A stretch of DNA of 64,000 bases from Vulcanimicrobiota bacterium (GCA_963725605.1 CAVRYW010000005.1:17907-81906); one strand, 5' to 3'; counted from the first letter of the stretch, positions 1-10,152 are shown. A program made the numbers and translations. The notes: generated by a model from the sequence alone, not told the origin.

Positions 1-44
1 CTGATTCGACGCCGGGGCGCGTAAAGGCCCGCGCACATCCCTCA

Positions 45-1211
45 ATGAAGCGGCACGAAATGAAGAACCCATCGTCGGCAGAGCGGATCGGGCGTCCCGA
101 TCCATCTGGACGGATCTTCATTCGCACGTTCAGCCGGCGCGATTTCGTACGGATGATGAGTTTAATCGCCGGTACGTCAGGAGGTGTATCGGGATTCGGG
201 CTCCCACGAACGGCATTGGCTATGGATAGCGCATCATCGCCTCCCGTCGAGCCGTGGGAAGACGGATCACGAACAGGAGGCACCGCGGGAACCTTGGAGT
301 TTTGGTATTTCGATACGGTCCTGGACGACGGCTCGACCGCCGGGTTCAACTTCTTTACACGACCGCCGACAGAGCTTGCGGGCCCGCTCAAACCGAGGGT
401 AAGCATCAACATTGGTAGGCCCGATCTGCGTCGGACGCGAGAAGTCATCGACTACCGCGCCGAGGAGTTCTTCGCTGCACGCGACCACTGCGATGTGCGT
501 ATCGGTCCGAATCACGCTTCTGGCACGTTGATCGACGGTTTCGGGCGCTACGAGATCAGCCTCACCGGGAAAGAAACCGCTGCGAATCTCGTGTTTCACG
601 GCGAAGTGCCGGCTTGGCGCCCAGGGCCGCGTGACGGCGAGTTGAAACCCGGGATCATTTTCGCGTGGCTTCCCTTCATCCCGTACGGCAGCGTCGAAGG
701 CACGCTCACCTATGACGGCACGGAGCATCGCGTACGCGGAACCGGTTACCACGACCATAACTGGATGAACGTCGACATGACGAAGATCGTCGACCATTGG
801 TACTGGGGACGAGCGTACAGCAAGACTTATCGACTTGTCTTCGTGCAGGTGTTCGGGCGCCCGAAAGCCCTCGGAAGTGCGCCGATCTCCGCATTACTCG
901 CGGCTCGTGATAGCTCGATCATACTCGCCGACTACGGCCAAGGCATTCCCCTTACGTTGCGTGAGGCCGACTTCGCAACGGGGCCCGGCGGGCGCTCGTA
1001 TCCGAAGGCTCTCGATTTCGACTGGGCCGGGTCGGAAGGGCGCGTGCGTCTTGCGCTACGCAACCCGAAGGTCATCGAGTGGTTTCCTGTGGGACCTGGT
1101 GATGCGTGGTACTACCGATGGAAGGCGGACCTAGAACTAGCGCTGGATCTCGACGGATCCCATGTCGTCGAGCAGGGGGTCGCCGTATACGAGCGGCTGG
1201 TCCTTCATTGA
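45..1211 (+). CDS. Exported (Tat-type signal) protein, CrtC/AttH-like (hydroxyneurosporene-synthase-like) family
   Basis: 388-aa ORF. It has an N-terminal twin-arginine motif SRRDFVRMM followed by a hydrophobic stretch. Internal FWYFD and GTGYHDHNWM motifs resemble CrtC/AttH-like proteins. Family call is from memory, not searched. Confidence 0.65.
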   Translation: MKRHEMKNPSSAERIGRPDPSGRIFIRTFSRRDFVRMMSLIAGTSGGVSGFGLPRTALAMDSASSPPVEPWEDGSRTGGTAGTLEFWYFDTVLDDGSTAGFNFFTRPPTELAGPLKPRVSINIGRPDLRRTREVIDYRAEEFFAARDHCDVRIGPNHASGTLIDGFGRYEISLTGKETAANLVFHGEVPAWRPGPRDGELKPGIIFAWLPFIPYGSVEGTLTYDGTEHRVRGTGYHDHNWMNVDMTKIVDHWYWGRAYSKTYRLVFVQVFGRPKALGSAPISALLAARDSSIILADYGQGIPLTLREADFATGPGGRSYPKALDFDWAGSEGRVRLALRNPKVIEWFPVGPGDAWYYRWKADLELALDLDGSHVVEQGVAVYERLVLH

Positions 1212-1214
1212 CCG

Positions 1215-1499
1215 TTAGTCGCGAGAGGTTGCTTCAACGCGCGAGTGGGCGTAGGCATAATAATGTGTGACTGCGGCGATGCGCGTACGCCTAGCAACAC
1301 TCTTACGGGCGGAATCCGCCTGTTTTGGGGCATTGCGCTCCCGGCGGATGGCGCGCGCGACGCGTGCCAGTTGTGCCACGGCCGGCGTGACCCCGACAAT
1401 GACGAGCTGGCCGCCGGTGCGTAGGAGAAGGGGCGGCTCGTTCGCCGGCGTCACCTCGTCGGCGGTCGGTGGCTGGTCTTGTGAAGGCTTTTCGCGCAT
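1215..1499 (-). CDS. Hypothetical protein (94 aa)
   Basis: This is the only plausible ORF in the interval. Codon third positions are GC-rich like neighbouring genes, and it is convergent with the upstream gene. No recognisable motif. Confidence 0.4.
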   Translation of the reverse strand: MREKPSQDQPPTADEVTPANEPPLLLRTGGQLVIVGVTPAVAQLARVARAIRRERNAPKQADSARKSVARRTRIAAVTHYYAYAHSRVEATSRD

Positions 1500-1765
1500 G
1501 GGCCAGCGTTACGCGACCAGCGTGCCCCAAAATTCGGCCGTGTCCGGTTTTCTGGGCCGAACGCCCTAACCGCCTTATGCTAGCCTCAAGTTCCGGAAAT
1601 CGAGGGCGATTTTGCTACGGAGAAGCGGGAAAGGCTCGCTGAAAGTGCGCTTTTAGCATGCCGGGCTCTCGGAATCCAAGCCTCGACGAATGCCCAAGGC
1701 AGGCGACCATTTCGGCCCTCGGACTGTAAAGGGCGAATCCTGTCGCGATTGAACCCGGGACTGAA

Positions 1766-1933
1766 ATGGGCAGACCGGCAGCTACCGTACTTTACGTGCT
1801 GGCGATGGCAGCCGTCATAGTCGGTTTAGATTTCGCGTTCTTCAGAAGCCGATTCTGGGAACGGCTGATGGTTAATATCGGAACCGTGATGGTGTTCGCA
1901 GCGTTCTATTGGAGATTCCTGAGGCGTCCGTGA
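1766..1933 (+). CDS. Small membrane protein (55 aa, two hydrophobic segments)
   Basis: ATG at 1766 and TGA at 1931-1933, below the ORF-track cutoff. Translation is MGRPAATVLYVLAMAAVIVGLDFAFFRSRFWERLMVNIGTVMVFAAFYWRFLRRP, which gives two TM-like helices. Confidence 0.4.
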   Translation: MGRPAATVLYVLAMAAVIVGLDFAFFRSRFWERLMVNIGTVMVFAAFYWRFLRRP

Positions 1934-2096
1934 AAGCGGCGACAGCGCCCTTTCGATTGTGCAGAATGGACCGTCGAGAGTTCGGACAGGCTGCGAACCT
2001 GCAGGGTCTGTGGATCGATCACATCTACGCGGTCACTATCCGACCATAGGCTTCCTTCGAATTCTCCCAGGTCGAAACGGACGATTCGTCGGCGCT

Positions 2097-2801
2097 CTAC
2101 CCGGATCGACCCGCGTGACGACTTGGAACGGTGCTTTGCCATGAGAGCGCAGCCTCGGCAACGACGCGATCGCCATCCATGAGCGCGAGCCGATCCATGC
2201 GGTGGCTCTTGGGAAGGTAAAGCATCGCGATGTTGCCGTTCGGAACGGCATTGCCAAGCATTGTGTGCACGCCGTCGTGCATCCACGCGACAGAGAGCGA
2301 CTTCGATGGGTTTCGTACGACAACCACGTACCACGACCCGTCGAGCGCGTACATCACTTCCGCGGGCGGGCTCGGGCTGGTCGGCCGAAAGGGCGCCGTC
2401 CGATGCGAACCGCTCGCGAGGCGATCCATTGCGTTGCTTTGTGCGAGCATCGCACCGTGCATCGTGCTGTTCTCCGACCAGAAATACGCTGAGGGCAGAA
2501 GTCCGAATAGCAGCGCTGCTGCAATCGCTGCGGCGTACGGCCAGGCCGGACGTCGATAACGGCGCACCGCTTCGAGGGAACGCGGGTGCACCAGTCGATC
2601 GATACGGGCGGCGAGGGTAGGCGGTGCACCGTGTTGCGGCTCCGTCGAAACGATCAGTGCGACGTCGTCCTCGGCCGACCCAACCGCCTCCGAGCAGGTG
2701 GAACACCCGCGAAGGTGCGCGTCGATCGCCGCGCGTTCGTCGTCAGGAAGTGCGCCGAGCGCATAGAGCGCGGCGCGGTCCTCAACGTGCTCGTACTTCA
2801 C
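2097..2801 (-). CDS. Zinc-binding anti-sigma factor (ZAS/RskA-like), single-pass membrane protein
   Basis: N-terminal HLRGCSTC matches the H-x3-C-x2-C motif. A central TM segment reads PAWPYAAAIAAALLFGLLPSAYFW. A 4-nt overlap links it to the upstream ECF sigma gene. Confidence 0.8.
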   Translation of the reverse strand: MKYEHVEDRAALYALGALPDDERAAIDAHLRGCSTCSEAVGSAEDDVALIVSTEPQHGAPPTLAARIDRLVHPRSLEAVRRYRRPAWPYAAAIAAALLFGLLPSAYFWSENSTMHGAMLAQSNAMDRLASGSHRTAPFRPTSPSPPAEVMYALDGSWYVVVVRNPSKSLSVAWMHDGVHTMLGNAVPNGNIAMLYLPKSHRMDRLALMDGDRVVAEAALSWQSTVPSRHAGRSG

Positions 2802-3361
2802 AAGCGATCGCTTCCGATCTGCGCGGTCGATTCTAGAAGGGAGCCGAGTTTTCGCAGGCCGTGCTTGATGCGACTTTTGATCGTACCGAGCGGTTCTTGA
2901 AGTTCGGCTGCGATCTCGCTGTGCGTCTTTCCTTTGTAGTACGCCAGTTCGAGAGCGGTGCGCTGGTCGGGCGAAAGCGCGAGCAGCGCGCTACGAACCC
3001 GGTCGCGTTCGATCGGATCCGGTACCCGCAGCTGCTCATGCTCTACGGGCATCGCGGCAAGGCGTTCCTCCAGACGAAGTGCGCGAGCCTGGCGCCGCCG
3101 GCGCGAGATCGCTTCGTTGCGAATGCAGACGACGAGGAAGCTTCGCAGATTACCGCGGGATGCCGAGTACGCTACTGGCGATCGCCAAAGTTTTGCGACC
3201 GCGTCCGCGACACAGTCTTGCGCCTCGTCAGCGTTACGCAGCACGTTATAGGCGGCCGAATAGAGCAGCGTGCCGTATCGTCGATAGGCTTCGCCGAACG
3301 CCCAGCCCTCGTGCGCCGCAAACCCCGCAGCCAAAGCCTCATCGCCCTCCAGCGCTGGCAT
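2798..3361 (-). CDS. ECF-type RNA polymerase sigma factor (sigma-70 family)
   Basis: 187 aa. Region 2-like DEAQDCVADAVAKLW and a region 4 HTH LSPDQRTALELAYYKGKTHSEIAAELQEPLGTIKSRIKHGLRKL. Co-transcribed with the anti-sigma gene. Confidence 0.9.
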   Translation of the reverse strand: MPALEGDEALAAGFAAHEGWAFGEAYRRYGTLLYSAAYNVLRNADEAQDCVADAVAKLWRSPVAYSASRGNLRSFLVVCIRNEAISRRRRQARALRLEERLAAMPVEHEQLRVPDPIERDRVRSALLALSPDQRTALELAYYKGKTHSEIAAELQEPLGTIKSRIKHGLRKLGSLLESTAQIGSDRL

Positions 3362-3393
3362 CGTGGGGCACAGACTTCGACGCCGACCGCGTT

Positions 3394-3436
3394 ATCATCC
3401 GCTAGGGGAACGCCGGAACCGGCTCGGGCGGATGAT
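3394..3436. promoter_or_regulatory. 9-bp perfect inverted repeat (ATCATCCGC / GCGGATGAT) in the divergent sigma/secreted-protein intergenic region, enclosing two GGAAC motifs
   Basis: Arms at 3394-3402 and 3428-3436, read directly. The spacer contains GGGGAACGCCGGAACC, and GGAAC is the typical ECF -35 core. Confidence 0.3.
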
Positions 3437-3484
3437 TTCCGCGAATCACTCATCCGCGATACTGTTAGGAGCGTTCTGATCAGT

Positions 3485-4504
3485 ATGAGAAGTATTGTCA
3501 TAGCAGCCTATGCTGCAACCATATTAATCGGAACTCATGCCGCAAGCGCCGCGACAGAGCCGGGTTCAGCGTTTTTCTTCAAGAGCATTGTTTCGGTTGA
3601 TGACGTCAAGCACACGGTGACGCTGCCGCTTCATCGCGGTGTGGCTAAAGGCGAGACCGTTTGGTACGTTGTCACAGACGCCTCCGACGTCTCCGTCGCA
3701 AGAAAGGAAGGCGTTGACTACGCGCCGGATATCGCCAAGCTTGGCGACGCTGCAATTGCGAAGGCAAGGACGAGCGCCGGAATCGTTGCGTTTCCGGGCG
3801 CGCCGGATTTCTCGCCGCAGCGCTCGTATGTCGCTGGAGCGACCGGGTTTCCGCCAAGGTCCGCAAAGCCTGGCGGCGTTGCGGACGACGCCTATTCACC
3901 ATTCGTCGAGGTCGACGGCCGCGGCGGCGTACTCAATGCCCCGATCGTCGCCACCGGGGGTGGACCGTTTGATGTAACGACGCATTCCAATACCGAAGAT
4001 CGCGTCGTGGCGATCGACACCGTTCATAACACCGTGACGCTCGTCCTTGCGCGCGGCTTCGTGGACGGCAAACCGGTTTTCTACCTGAGCACTGAGGCCT
4101 CGGATCCAGTCGCCGCCTCAGTTGAACGAGCGACGTACGTGCCTCGCCTCGCGAAGGCCGATTCGGCGGGAGCGATCCCCATTAGCGTAATCGCAAACGG
4201 ACCGCAGATTGGAAGCAACGTGCAAGGCGTAGCCTACCTTGCGCTCAAGACTCCACTCGGCGACGATGCGACGGCGGCGAACGCCGCCAACATCGGCTCG
4301 CCATTCAACGTTCTTTCGCTCGCACCCGATACCGCCAATCGTTACGCGGAGAACCGCTACTCGCCGCTCTGGTCGGTCCTTGTCGTGGGCGACGCGCAAG
4401 CGAAGCGGCTGATGTCGTACGCCGAGGTTGTGCCGATCGCCAAGCGGGCGGGATTCGTGGTCAACTGCCCAGCGATTGCATTCGACACTGGCACCGGCCA
4501 ATAG
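3485..4504 (+). CDS. Secreted hypothetical protein (339 aa)
   Basis: The in-frame ATG at 3485 gives the signal peptide MRSIVIAAYAATILIGTHAASA. The upstream part of the 547-aa ORF lies antisense to the sigma gene and is unlikely to be translated. Confidence 0.75.
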   Translation: MRSIVIAAYAATILIGTHAASAATEPGSAFFFKSIVSVDDVKHTVTLPLHRGVAKGETVWYVVTDASDVSVARKEGVDYAPDIAKLGDAAIAKARTSAGIVAFPGAPDFSPQRSYVAGATGFPPRSAKPGGVADDAYSPFVEVDGRGGVLNAPIVATGGGPFDVTTHSNTEDRVVAIDTVHNTVTLVLARGFVDGKPVFYLSTEASDPVAASVERATYVPRLAKADSAGAIPISVIANGPQIGSNVQGVAYLALKTPLGDDATAANAANIGSPFNVLSLAPDTANRYAENRYSPLWSVLVVGDAQAKRLMSYAEVVPIAKRAGFVVNCPAIAFDTGTGQ

Positions 4505-4555
4505 CTGCCGCTGATAAACACTCATCCGTCACGTTGAGCAAATCGTATTAGAGAT

Positions 4556-5023
4556 ATGAATGTTTTGTTTTCCGTCATCCTATTAGTCCAAAACGCCTTT
4601 GCTCCGATTTCCAACGCCCCGCAGTGGATTGGGTCGCGACCCCCTACCGCGTCGTACACGGGTAAAGTCGTCATTGTCGACATCTTTACGTTCGATTGTA
4701 TTAACTGCAAGCACGTCGTGCCGGAATTGCGATCTTTGCGCGCCACCTACAGTACGAAGGATCTGCTCATCGTCGGAATCCATACTCCGGAGACGCCCTT
4801 TGAACACGTACGGGCGAATGTCGTTCAGGCGCTCGCGACGCAGGGCATCTCGTGGCCGGTCGCGATCGACAACGACGAGAAGCTCTGGAATGCTTACGGC
4901 GTTCAGTATTGGCCGACGCAGCTTATCTTCGATCGTCACGGCCGCCTCAGAAAGACCGTTATCGGCGAGGGCCAGGATGCCGAAGTCACCTCAACGGTCG
5001 CCGCTCTGGTGGCAGAGCGATGA
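4556..5023 (+). CDS. Thioredoxin-fold thiol:disulfide oxidoreductase (TlpA/ResA/redoxin-like), exported or membrane-anchored
   Basis: CxxC active site in FTFDCINCKHVVPEL, with a conserved YWPTQLIFDRHGRL tail. The N-terminus is hydrophobic. Confidence 0.85.
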   Translation: MNVLFSVILLVQNAFAPISNAPQWIGSRPPTASYTGKVVIVDIFTFDCINCKHVVPELRSLRATYSTKDLLIVGIHTPETPFEHVRANVVQALATQGISWPVAIDNDEKLWNAYGVQYWPTQLIFDRHGRLRKTVIGEGQDAEVTSTVAALVAER

Positions 5024-5310
5024 TTTCGCTCGCTCTTGCAGCCACGCTGAGCGCGATGCAAGGAACGCACGCCTATCGGGTGGCGGTGCGCGGCTCGGTA
5101 GGCTCTTCCGTTACCGTGACAGCGCAGCCTCCATCCGGCTGGACGGCGGCATTCTGCAGCCAGCGTCTTTGCGCCGTGGGGCACGTACCAGTCACAATCG
5201 CCGTTACTGGAATCTCGTTCGTAGACTTGCATCTTTACCCTACGGCTCGTCCAACGCATGGAACTACGTTTGTTACTGCGCGGGGTAAAACGTTGCGCCT
5301 CAAAGTCTAG
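5020..5310 (+). CDS. Small exported protein (96 aa), translationally coupled to the redoxin gene
   Basis: The ATG at 5020 overlaps the TGA of the upstream gene (ATGA). The signal-like N-terminus is MISLALAATLSAMQGTHA. Confidence 0.55.
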   Translation: MISLALAATLSAMQGTHAYRVAVRGSVGSSVTVTAQPPSGWTAAFCSQRLCAVGHVPVTIAVTGISFVDLHLYPTARPTHGTTFVTARGKTLRLKV

Positions 5311-6219
5311 TCGTACTCATCCAGAGTCGTTTTCGCGGCGTACTATCGACAGCACTTACCTTAACTCAGGAGGCATAAAGATTAGATCTTCATGGATCCC
5401 CGCACTTACGATCGCAGCCGCTCTCGCAACCAGTTACCCAGTCGTTGCTCTGCTGAGGCGGCCCTTGCGCCCGACGCTAATGCCAAGGCGCTAACCAAGT
5501 GCTTGATAGGTGAGGTGCGTTCGGCGCTACTCATGTTTCCCTGCGTCAGCGAACCATTGTCGAACGGCATTATTTGGCCGGCGAGCTGAGTTCGAAAGTA
5601 GCTCGCGATCTTCACGTCTGTCTACGGCACGTGCATCGGGAACGTAGTGCCGCTCTCTCTGCAATAGCTTTCCGCCTAGAAGAAGCCGCAAGCGCGTCGA
5701 GGCCAAACGTACAAGTAGGTTCTGACGGAGTCCGATTACAGCTGGCTCTGGCGAGGAGGCTCGAACAGAACGGACAGTGGATCGCGGCATCTGAGGTTTT
5801 AGAGCAACTATCCTTGCAGTTAGGCGATGCTACTCGGCGTTGCATGGTCGAGTGTCGGCTCGCCGACCTGTACGCCCCATTGGGAGTATAGTCTCGCCGA
5901 CCGACACGTCGTGAACTTCCGGCCGCAGAGCCGGCAACGATGAGCGACCTGCGTTATGACGTCGAAGACGATGGCTTCGTCCTCGTGATTCGTCCGCATC
6001 GGGTCCAACGGCAGCCACGTGCGGCAGGGGCATTCGTCTTGGGTGTAGGTGTAAGTGTCAGCCGTTCTGGCCTTTCCCCCTCTGGCGCACCTAAGAACCG
6101 TGATTTTAACTATCCCTATCCACAGGTAGCGCATGCTACCTTCAGGGCCTCACCCTAATACGCTTTGACCGTCAACTCATCGGCCGGCCAATCGCATTTC
6201 CGCGAGAGAAAGGACTGCT

Positions 6220-6429
6220 ATGACTTCGATGGAGCGCGTTTGGGAGCGCATGAAGACCGTCGCTACCACCAATGCCAGCAAGGCGACCCTCCTCACCATG
6301 CCAGCATCACGTCTTACCGTGCTGAAGATATGCCGCCGAGAGAAGGCAAAGACCCCGCGACAAGACGCGCTGCATTATCTGGCTACACAGCTAGTGCGCC
6401 TCACTCTGGAGAGGCAATACCCCGGGTAA
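6220..6429 (+). CDS. Hypothetical small protein (69 aa)
   Basis: The ATG is preceded by AAAGGA about 5 nt upstream. There are no recognisable motifs, and it lies in a lower-GC, poorly coding stretch. Confidence 0.3.
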   Translation: MTSMERVWERMKTVATTNASKATLLTMPASRLTVLKICRREKAKTPRQDALHYLATQLVRLTLERQYPG

Positions 6430-6529
6430 CGCACACCTCCGTCCAGATCGCACCGCGAAACGTCGAGACCACGTGGATAGCCTGGTCTTTCGCGCTCCTT
6501 GGCGCATGGCGAGGTTGTGTCGGTGCTGA

Positions 6530-6802
6530 ATGCGCACCATCATGGGACCGCGAGGCTTCTGGATCGCGCTTGCGATTGTGCTCTTCTACCTGATCGCCCT
6601 GCCACGCATCGGCACCGTTTGGTACGTCACGATCCCGGAGCCGCCGCCCCGTCTCGCGACGAGTTCACCGCCCGCGGGTTTTGTCCCGAACATGCCTCCG
6701 ACGCGAGCCTTCAGGGAGAAAGGCGACTGCCTCGCTGCCGCCGAGCGCTTCAGCCAAGACGCTGACTGCGTTCCAAGAAACACCCTACTCTGGGGCTGGT
6801 GA
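6530..6802 (+). CDS. Hypothetical small membrane protein (90 aa)
   Basis: One clear TM helix (FWIALAIVLFYLIALP) followed by a Pro-rich tail. No obvious SD. Confidence 0.35.
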   Translation: MRTIMGPRGFWIALAIVLFYLIALPRIGTVWYVTIPEPPPRLATSSPPAGFVPNMPPTRAFREKGDCLAAAERFSQDADCVPRNTLLWGW

Positions 6803-6900
6803 TCGGTCCAAAAAACTGGTCTTTAGCTTCAGACTTTTTTCATGAACCTGGCCTAGACTCTCCGCCATCGTCCCTCTCGGCCCCACGAGGAGAACCGCCT

Positions 6901-7341
6901 ATGCGTTTTTCGCAACGGATCCTGATCGCCGCTGCAGCCACGGCGCTGGTTGTCTCAGCCACTCCCGCCATAGCGCACATCAATACCATGAATATGTTCG
7001 CCCCGGCATCGCACAGTTACAGCGGTGCCTGGCCGGTGACCGTGACCCACTCGCAGTTCGGCGACGGCACGGACTGCTTGACGCTGATGCAAGGTAGCGG
7101 CAATGCCGGCTCGGCGTCGCTTGTCGCCGGCGGTCAGAAATACCCTGACGGATCATTTTTGGTTCGCAAAGACATCCTCGTGGTGACGATTACAGAACCG
7201 CTAAGTGGTCAGAACGGCGCCCTGCTGTTCATCGCTCACGCCAACAACGGCCGCATCGGCGAGGGCATCTTCGAAAATGTCAGAGGGGGGTCGGATTTCG
7301 ACAGAGGCACGTTGGCGTTCGGCATGAAGGGTGGCTGCTGA
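6901..7341 (+). CDS. Secreted hypothetical protein (146 aa) ending in a C-terminal Cys
   Basis: The ATG at 6901 is preceded by GAGGAG. The signal peptide is MRFSQRILIAAAATALVVSATPAIA, and the protein ends ...GMKGGC. Confidence 0.7.
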   Translation: MRFSQRILIAAAATALVVSATPAIAHINTMNMFAPASHSYSGAWPVTVTHSQFGDGTDCLTLMQGSGNAGSASLVAGGQKYPDGSFLVRKDILVVTITEPLSGQNGALLFIAHANNGRIGEGIFENVRGGSDFDRGTLAFGMKGGC

Positions 7342-7773
7342 AGCTGCCCCAAAACCGCTCGTTTGCGGGACACTTTCGCAATCACGGTGGCATCAGCGCT
7401 TTTTGGTCCCGAATCCCACGCTTCCGACGACTGGGCTGTTGTGGAAACGCCCTCATACGACAACGCCTATCGCACGTTCTTGCACGATGCAGCGGCGGCG
7501 CTCAACGCGAGGACCAGACGATCGGCAAAATCCCGATGCTCCGCGACCGACACGCCGGCCCGATCGAAGGCGACGGACCGTGAACCGACAAATGCCCTCG
7601 ACGCTCTCCTGGGGGCCGAGCGTGCCATTCGGCGTACCGCGTCGCACCGTCACCTCAGCTGACGATAAGCTGTCCCCCCCCGGTGCAAATCGGTGGAGAG
7701 CTGGCGCCTGTTCCGCATTTCTAGCCGAATTTGCGAGCTAAATTTCAAAGTCTTGAGCGCCTTCGTAGGCGAC

Positions 7774-7878
7774 CATTTCGGGATAGTCGGCCCGAGCCGC
7801 GTATAAGGTAGCCGTCCGCGCGCACGCGCGTTGCGGCCGCAAAGAACGGACAGCATTTCGGCATAGTCGGCCCGAGCC
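7774..7878. repeat. Direct repeat, 25 nt x2 (CATTTCGGSATAGTCGGCCCGAGCC), copies 80 bp apart
   Basis: Copies at 7774-7798 and 7854-7878 differ at one base. They sit 150 bp from the IS left end. Confidence 0.6.
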
Positions 7879-8028
7879 ATCGAGGCAAGTTATTTATTCC
7901 ACCGCGCTGTTATCGAAGGGCTGTGGGCGTCAGTCGAGATCCTTTGAGCTCGTTTCTAAGTAGTCTACGAGCGAGCATCGCGCACTTGGTGTAGCCTGGA
8001 ATCTGCCCCATGATCTTATACGCCGCGG

Positions 8029-9562
8029 CTAGGAGCCTGTAGGGTTATCTGAGCTGGCGTGTGCTACGATTTGATGGTGAGCGAACATTTTCGACCTCTC
8101 GATCGGGATACGTTGTTCTTGCTTCCAGCGAGCCTTCAGGATTGGCTGCCGGAGAACCATTTGGCGCGTTTTATCGCAGAGATCGTCGCGAAACTTGACC
8201 TCAGAGCGCTTCGCGCGAAGTACGCGGGACGCGGACACGAGGCGTACCAGCCCGAGATGATGGTGGCTCTGCTCTTCTACGGATATGCAACGGGCGTGTA
8301 CTCGTCGCGCAAACTGGAGCGGGCCACCTACGATTCGGTTGCCTTTCGCTTTATCACGGCCAATCAGCATCCCGAGCACGACACGATTGCAACCTTTCGG
8401 CGTCGGTTTCTGCCCGAGGTGCAGTCGTGTTTCCGGCAGATTCTCATGATTGCGGCGGAGAGTGGCATGCTCAAGATCGGCCGCGTCAGCATCGATGGAA
8501 CCAAAGTTAAAGCCAATGCGTCCAAGCACCACGCGATGAGCTATGATCACGCCACCAAGTTGGAGCGGCATATCGAGAACGAAATCGGCCGCTTGTTGTG
8601 CATGGCGGAAAAGGCTGATCAGGCCGATCTGCCAGACGGCATGGATGTTCCCGCGGAGTTGGCACGGCGAGAGACACGTCTGCAGGCCATCGCTGAGGCG
8701 AAGGCGCGCATCCGCGAGCGGGAACAACAGCGCATCGCTCAAGAGCAAGCGGGGTATGACGAGCGGGCGGCAGGGCGCGTCGCTCACGAGAAACGCTCCG
8801 GGAAAAAGATCAGAGGGCGTAAGCCTAAGCGCCCATCGCGAGCGATGAACCCGAAAGCTCAGGTCAACCTGACCGACGACGAATCGCGGATCATGCCGAG
8901 CGCCGGCGGATTCGAGCAGGCGTACAACGCGCAAAGTGCGATCGACTGCGCTTCTCGATTGCTTGTTGACGTAGATGTCAGTCAACGCCACAACGACGAG
9001 GCCTTGCTTGAACCTGCGTTGGATCGGATTGCGGCGCTGCCCCAAGAAGTTGGAAGGGCCAGCGAGATCCTGGCCGACGCCGGTTACTACAGTGCACGCA
9101 ACGCTGCGATCTGTGAGCAGCGGGCGCTCACCCCATACATTAGCCCAGGGCGTGAACACCATGCCGGCGGCCTTGCGCGCTTTCAAACGCCCCGACCGCT
9201 GTCGAGCACTGCAGCTCCTCATGAACGGATGAAATATCGATTGCGCACGCCGCAAGGGCGCTCGATCTATGGTGAGCGCAAAAGCACCATCGAGCCCGCG
9301 ATCGGGATCATCAAGAGCGCAATGGGCTTTCGACAGTTCTCCCTGCGTGGGTACGAAAAAGTGCAGGGCGAGTGGAACATCGTCGGAGCGGCTTATAATC
9401 TTAGACGGATGCACACGCTGACGGGCAAACTGGTCAAAGCCGGATGATATTGAGCCGAAAAGCTCCGCCATGTCCACGATTTGCGAGTTCGCGCGACAGT
9501 TTCCGTCGGCGACCGAATTCGCTTGGCTGAATTTCGCTAGTTCAAACCCTACAGGCTCCTAG
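8029..9562 (+). mobile_element. Intact IS element (IS1182 / IS5-like), 1534 bp, perfect 18-bp terminal inverted repeats
   Basis: Left end CTAGGAGCCTGTAGGGTT (8029-8046) is the exact reverse complement of the right end AACCCTACAGGCTCCTAG (9545-9562). The outer CTAG could instead be a 4-bp palindromic target duplication. Confidence 0.9.
8059..9447 (+). CDS. IS1182-family (IS5-like, DDE) transposase
   Basis: 462 aa. The N-terminus FRPLDRDTLFLLPASLQDWLPENHLARFI is characteristic of IS1182/InsH-N-terminal transposases. The ORF is flanked by the IRs. The start could instead be the ATG at 8074. Confidence 0.9.
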   Translation: MCYDLMVSEHFRPLDRDTLFLLPASLQDWLPENHLARFIAEIVAKLDLRALRAKYAGRGHEAYQPEMMVALLFYGYATGVYSSRKLERATYDSVAFRFITANQHPEHDTIATFRRRFLPEVQSCFRQILMIAAESGMLKIGRVSIDGTKVKANASKHHAMSYDHATKLERHIENEIGRLLCMAEKADQADLPDGMDVPAELARRETRLQAIAEAKARIREREQQRIAQEQAGYDERAAGRVAHEKRSGKKIRGRKPKRPSRAMNPKAQVNLTDDESRIMPSAGGFEQAYNAQSAIDCASRLLVDVDVSQRHNDEALLEPALDRIAALPQEVGRASEILADAGYYSARNAAICEQRALTPYISPGREHHAGGLARFQTPRPLSSTAAPHERMKYRLRTPQGRSIYGERKSTIEPAIGIIKSAMGFRQFSLRGYEKVQGEWNIVGAAYNLRRMHTLTGKLVKAG

Positions 9563-9870
9563 TCGGAAAGAAACACTCGATGAGCGTGCGTCATGTGAAC
9601 CGCGGCGATCGAATGCGCTGGGAGATCATGATTTTGGACAACGTGCCCGGTGGAGCTGGGTACGTTGCGCAGATCATGCGGCCGGGTGGGCTTGAGAAGT
9701 CCCTTGGTGAGGCGCTCAAGATCGCATCCTGCGGAAGCTGTCCGGAAGAGTCGACATGTTACGCGTGCCTGAGGTCGATGGGAAACCAGGCACTCCACGA
9801 TAAGATGCAGCGAGGACCCGCAATGCGTTTCATTCGCGCCGTATGTGATCGTATAGGTGGCGCGTCTGGA
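9563..9870 (+). pseudogene. C-terminal remnant of a DUF1998 (MrfA/DrmB-type Zn-ribbon) helicase-associated domain protein
   Basis: ILDNVPGGAGYV ... SCGSCPEESTCYACLRSMGNQALHDKMQRGPAMRFI matches the DUF1998 four-Cys C-terminus. The frame opens exactly at the IS right end. The left IS flank has an in-frame stop 6 codons upstream, so the N-terminal part is missing. Confidence 0.6.
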
Positions 9871-9971
9871 GTGTTCGGCGTTGACGTTGACCGCTGGCTT
9901 CGGGCCCCTGATGTCCTGGAGACTCTCATTGTAATCGCGACTTTACGTTGCGCTGTCCAGCGCTCGAATTT

Positions 9972-10016
<45 letters not shown>

Positions 10017-10152
10017 TTGCTGCCGCTTTCGCATGAGACACCTTCCTAGCGATCATTTCGCTTATCGGGTGTCTAGCCCCGGCGGGGGTCACTCCACAAG
10101 CTCGCAAAACCTCTCTCTGGCCAAATGCGATTCTGAACGGCATGGCTGCATC

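Noticed and set aside
2861-3484. N-terminal 208 codons of the 547-aa ORF
   Set aside because: They are antisense to the ECF sigma gene. The internal ATG at 3485 yields a canonical signal peptide.
5514-5891. Open frame with a sigma-70 region-4/LuxR-like HTH (LRQRTIVERHYLAGELSSKVARDLHVCLRHVHRERSAAL) followed by a TPR-like helix
   Set aside because: It lacks a credible start codon upstream of the HTH and is truncated after about 125 codons. It is probably a gene remnant, and the evidence is too weak to call it a feature.
8029-9477. 482-aa ORF antisense to the IS transposase
   Set aside because: It spans the IS on the opposite strand, has an Arg/Leu-rich composition and shows no recognisable domain. 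The transposase frame has clear family motifs.
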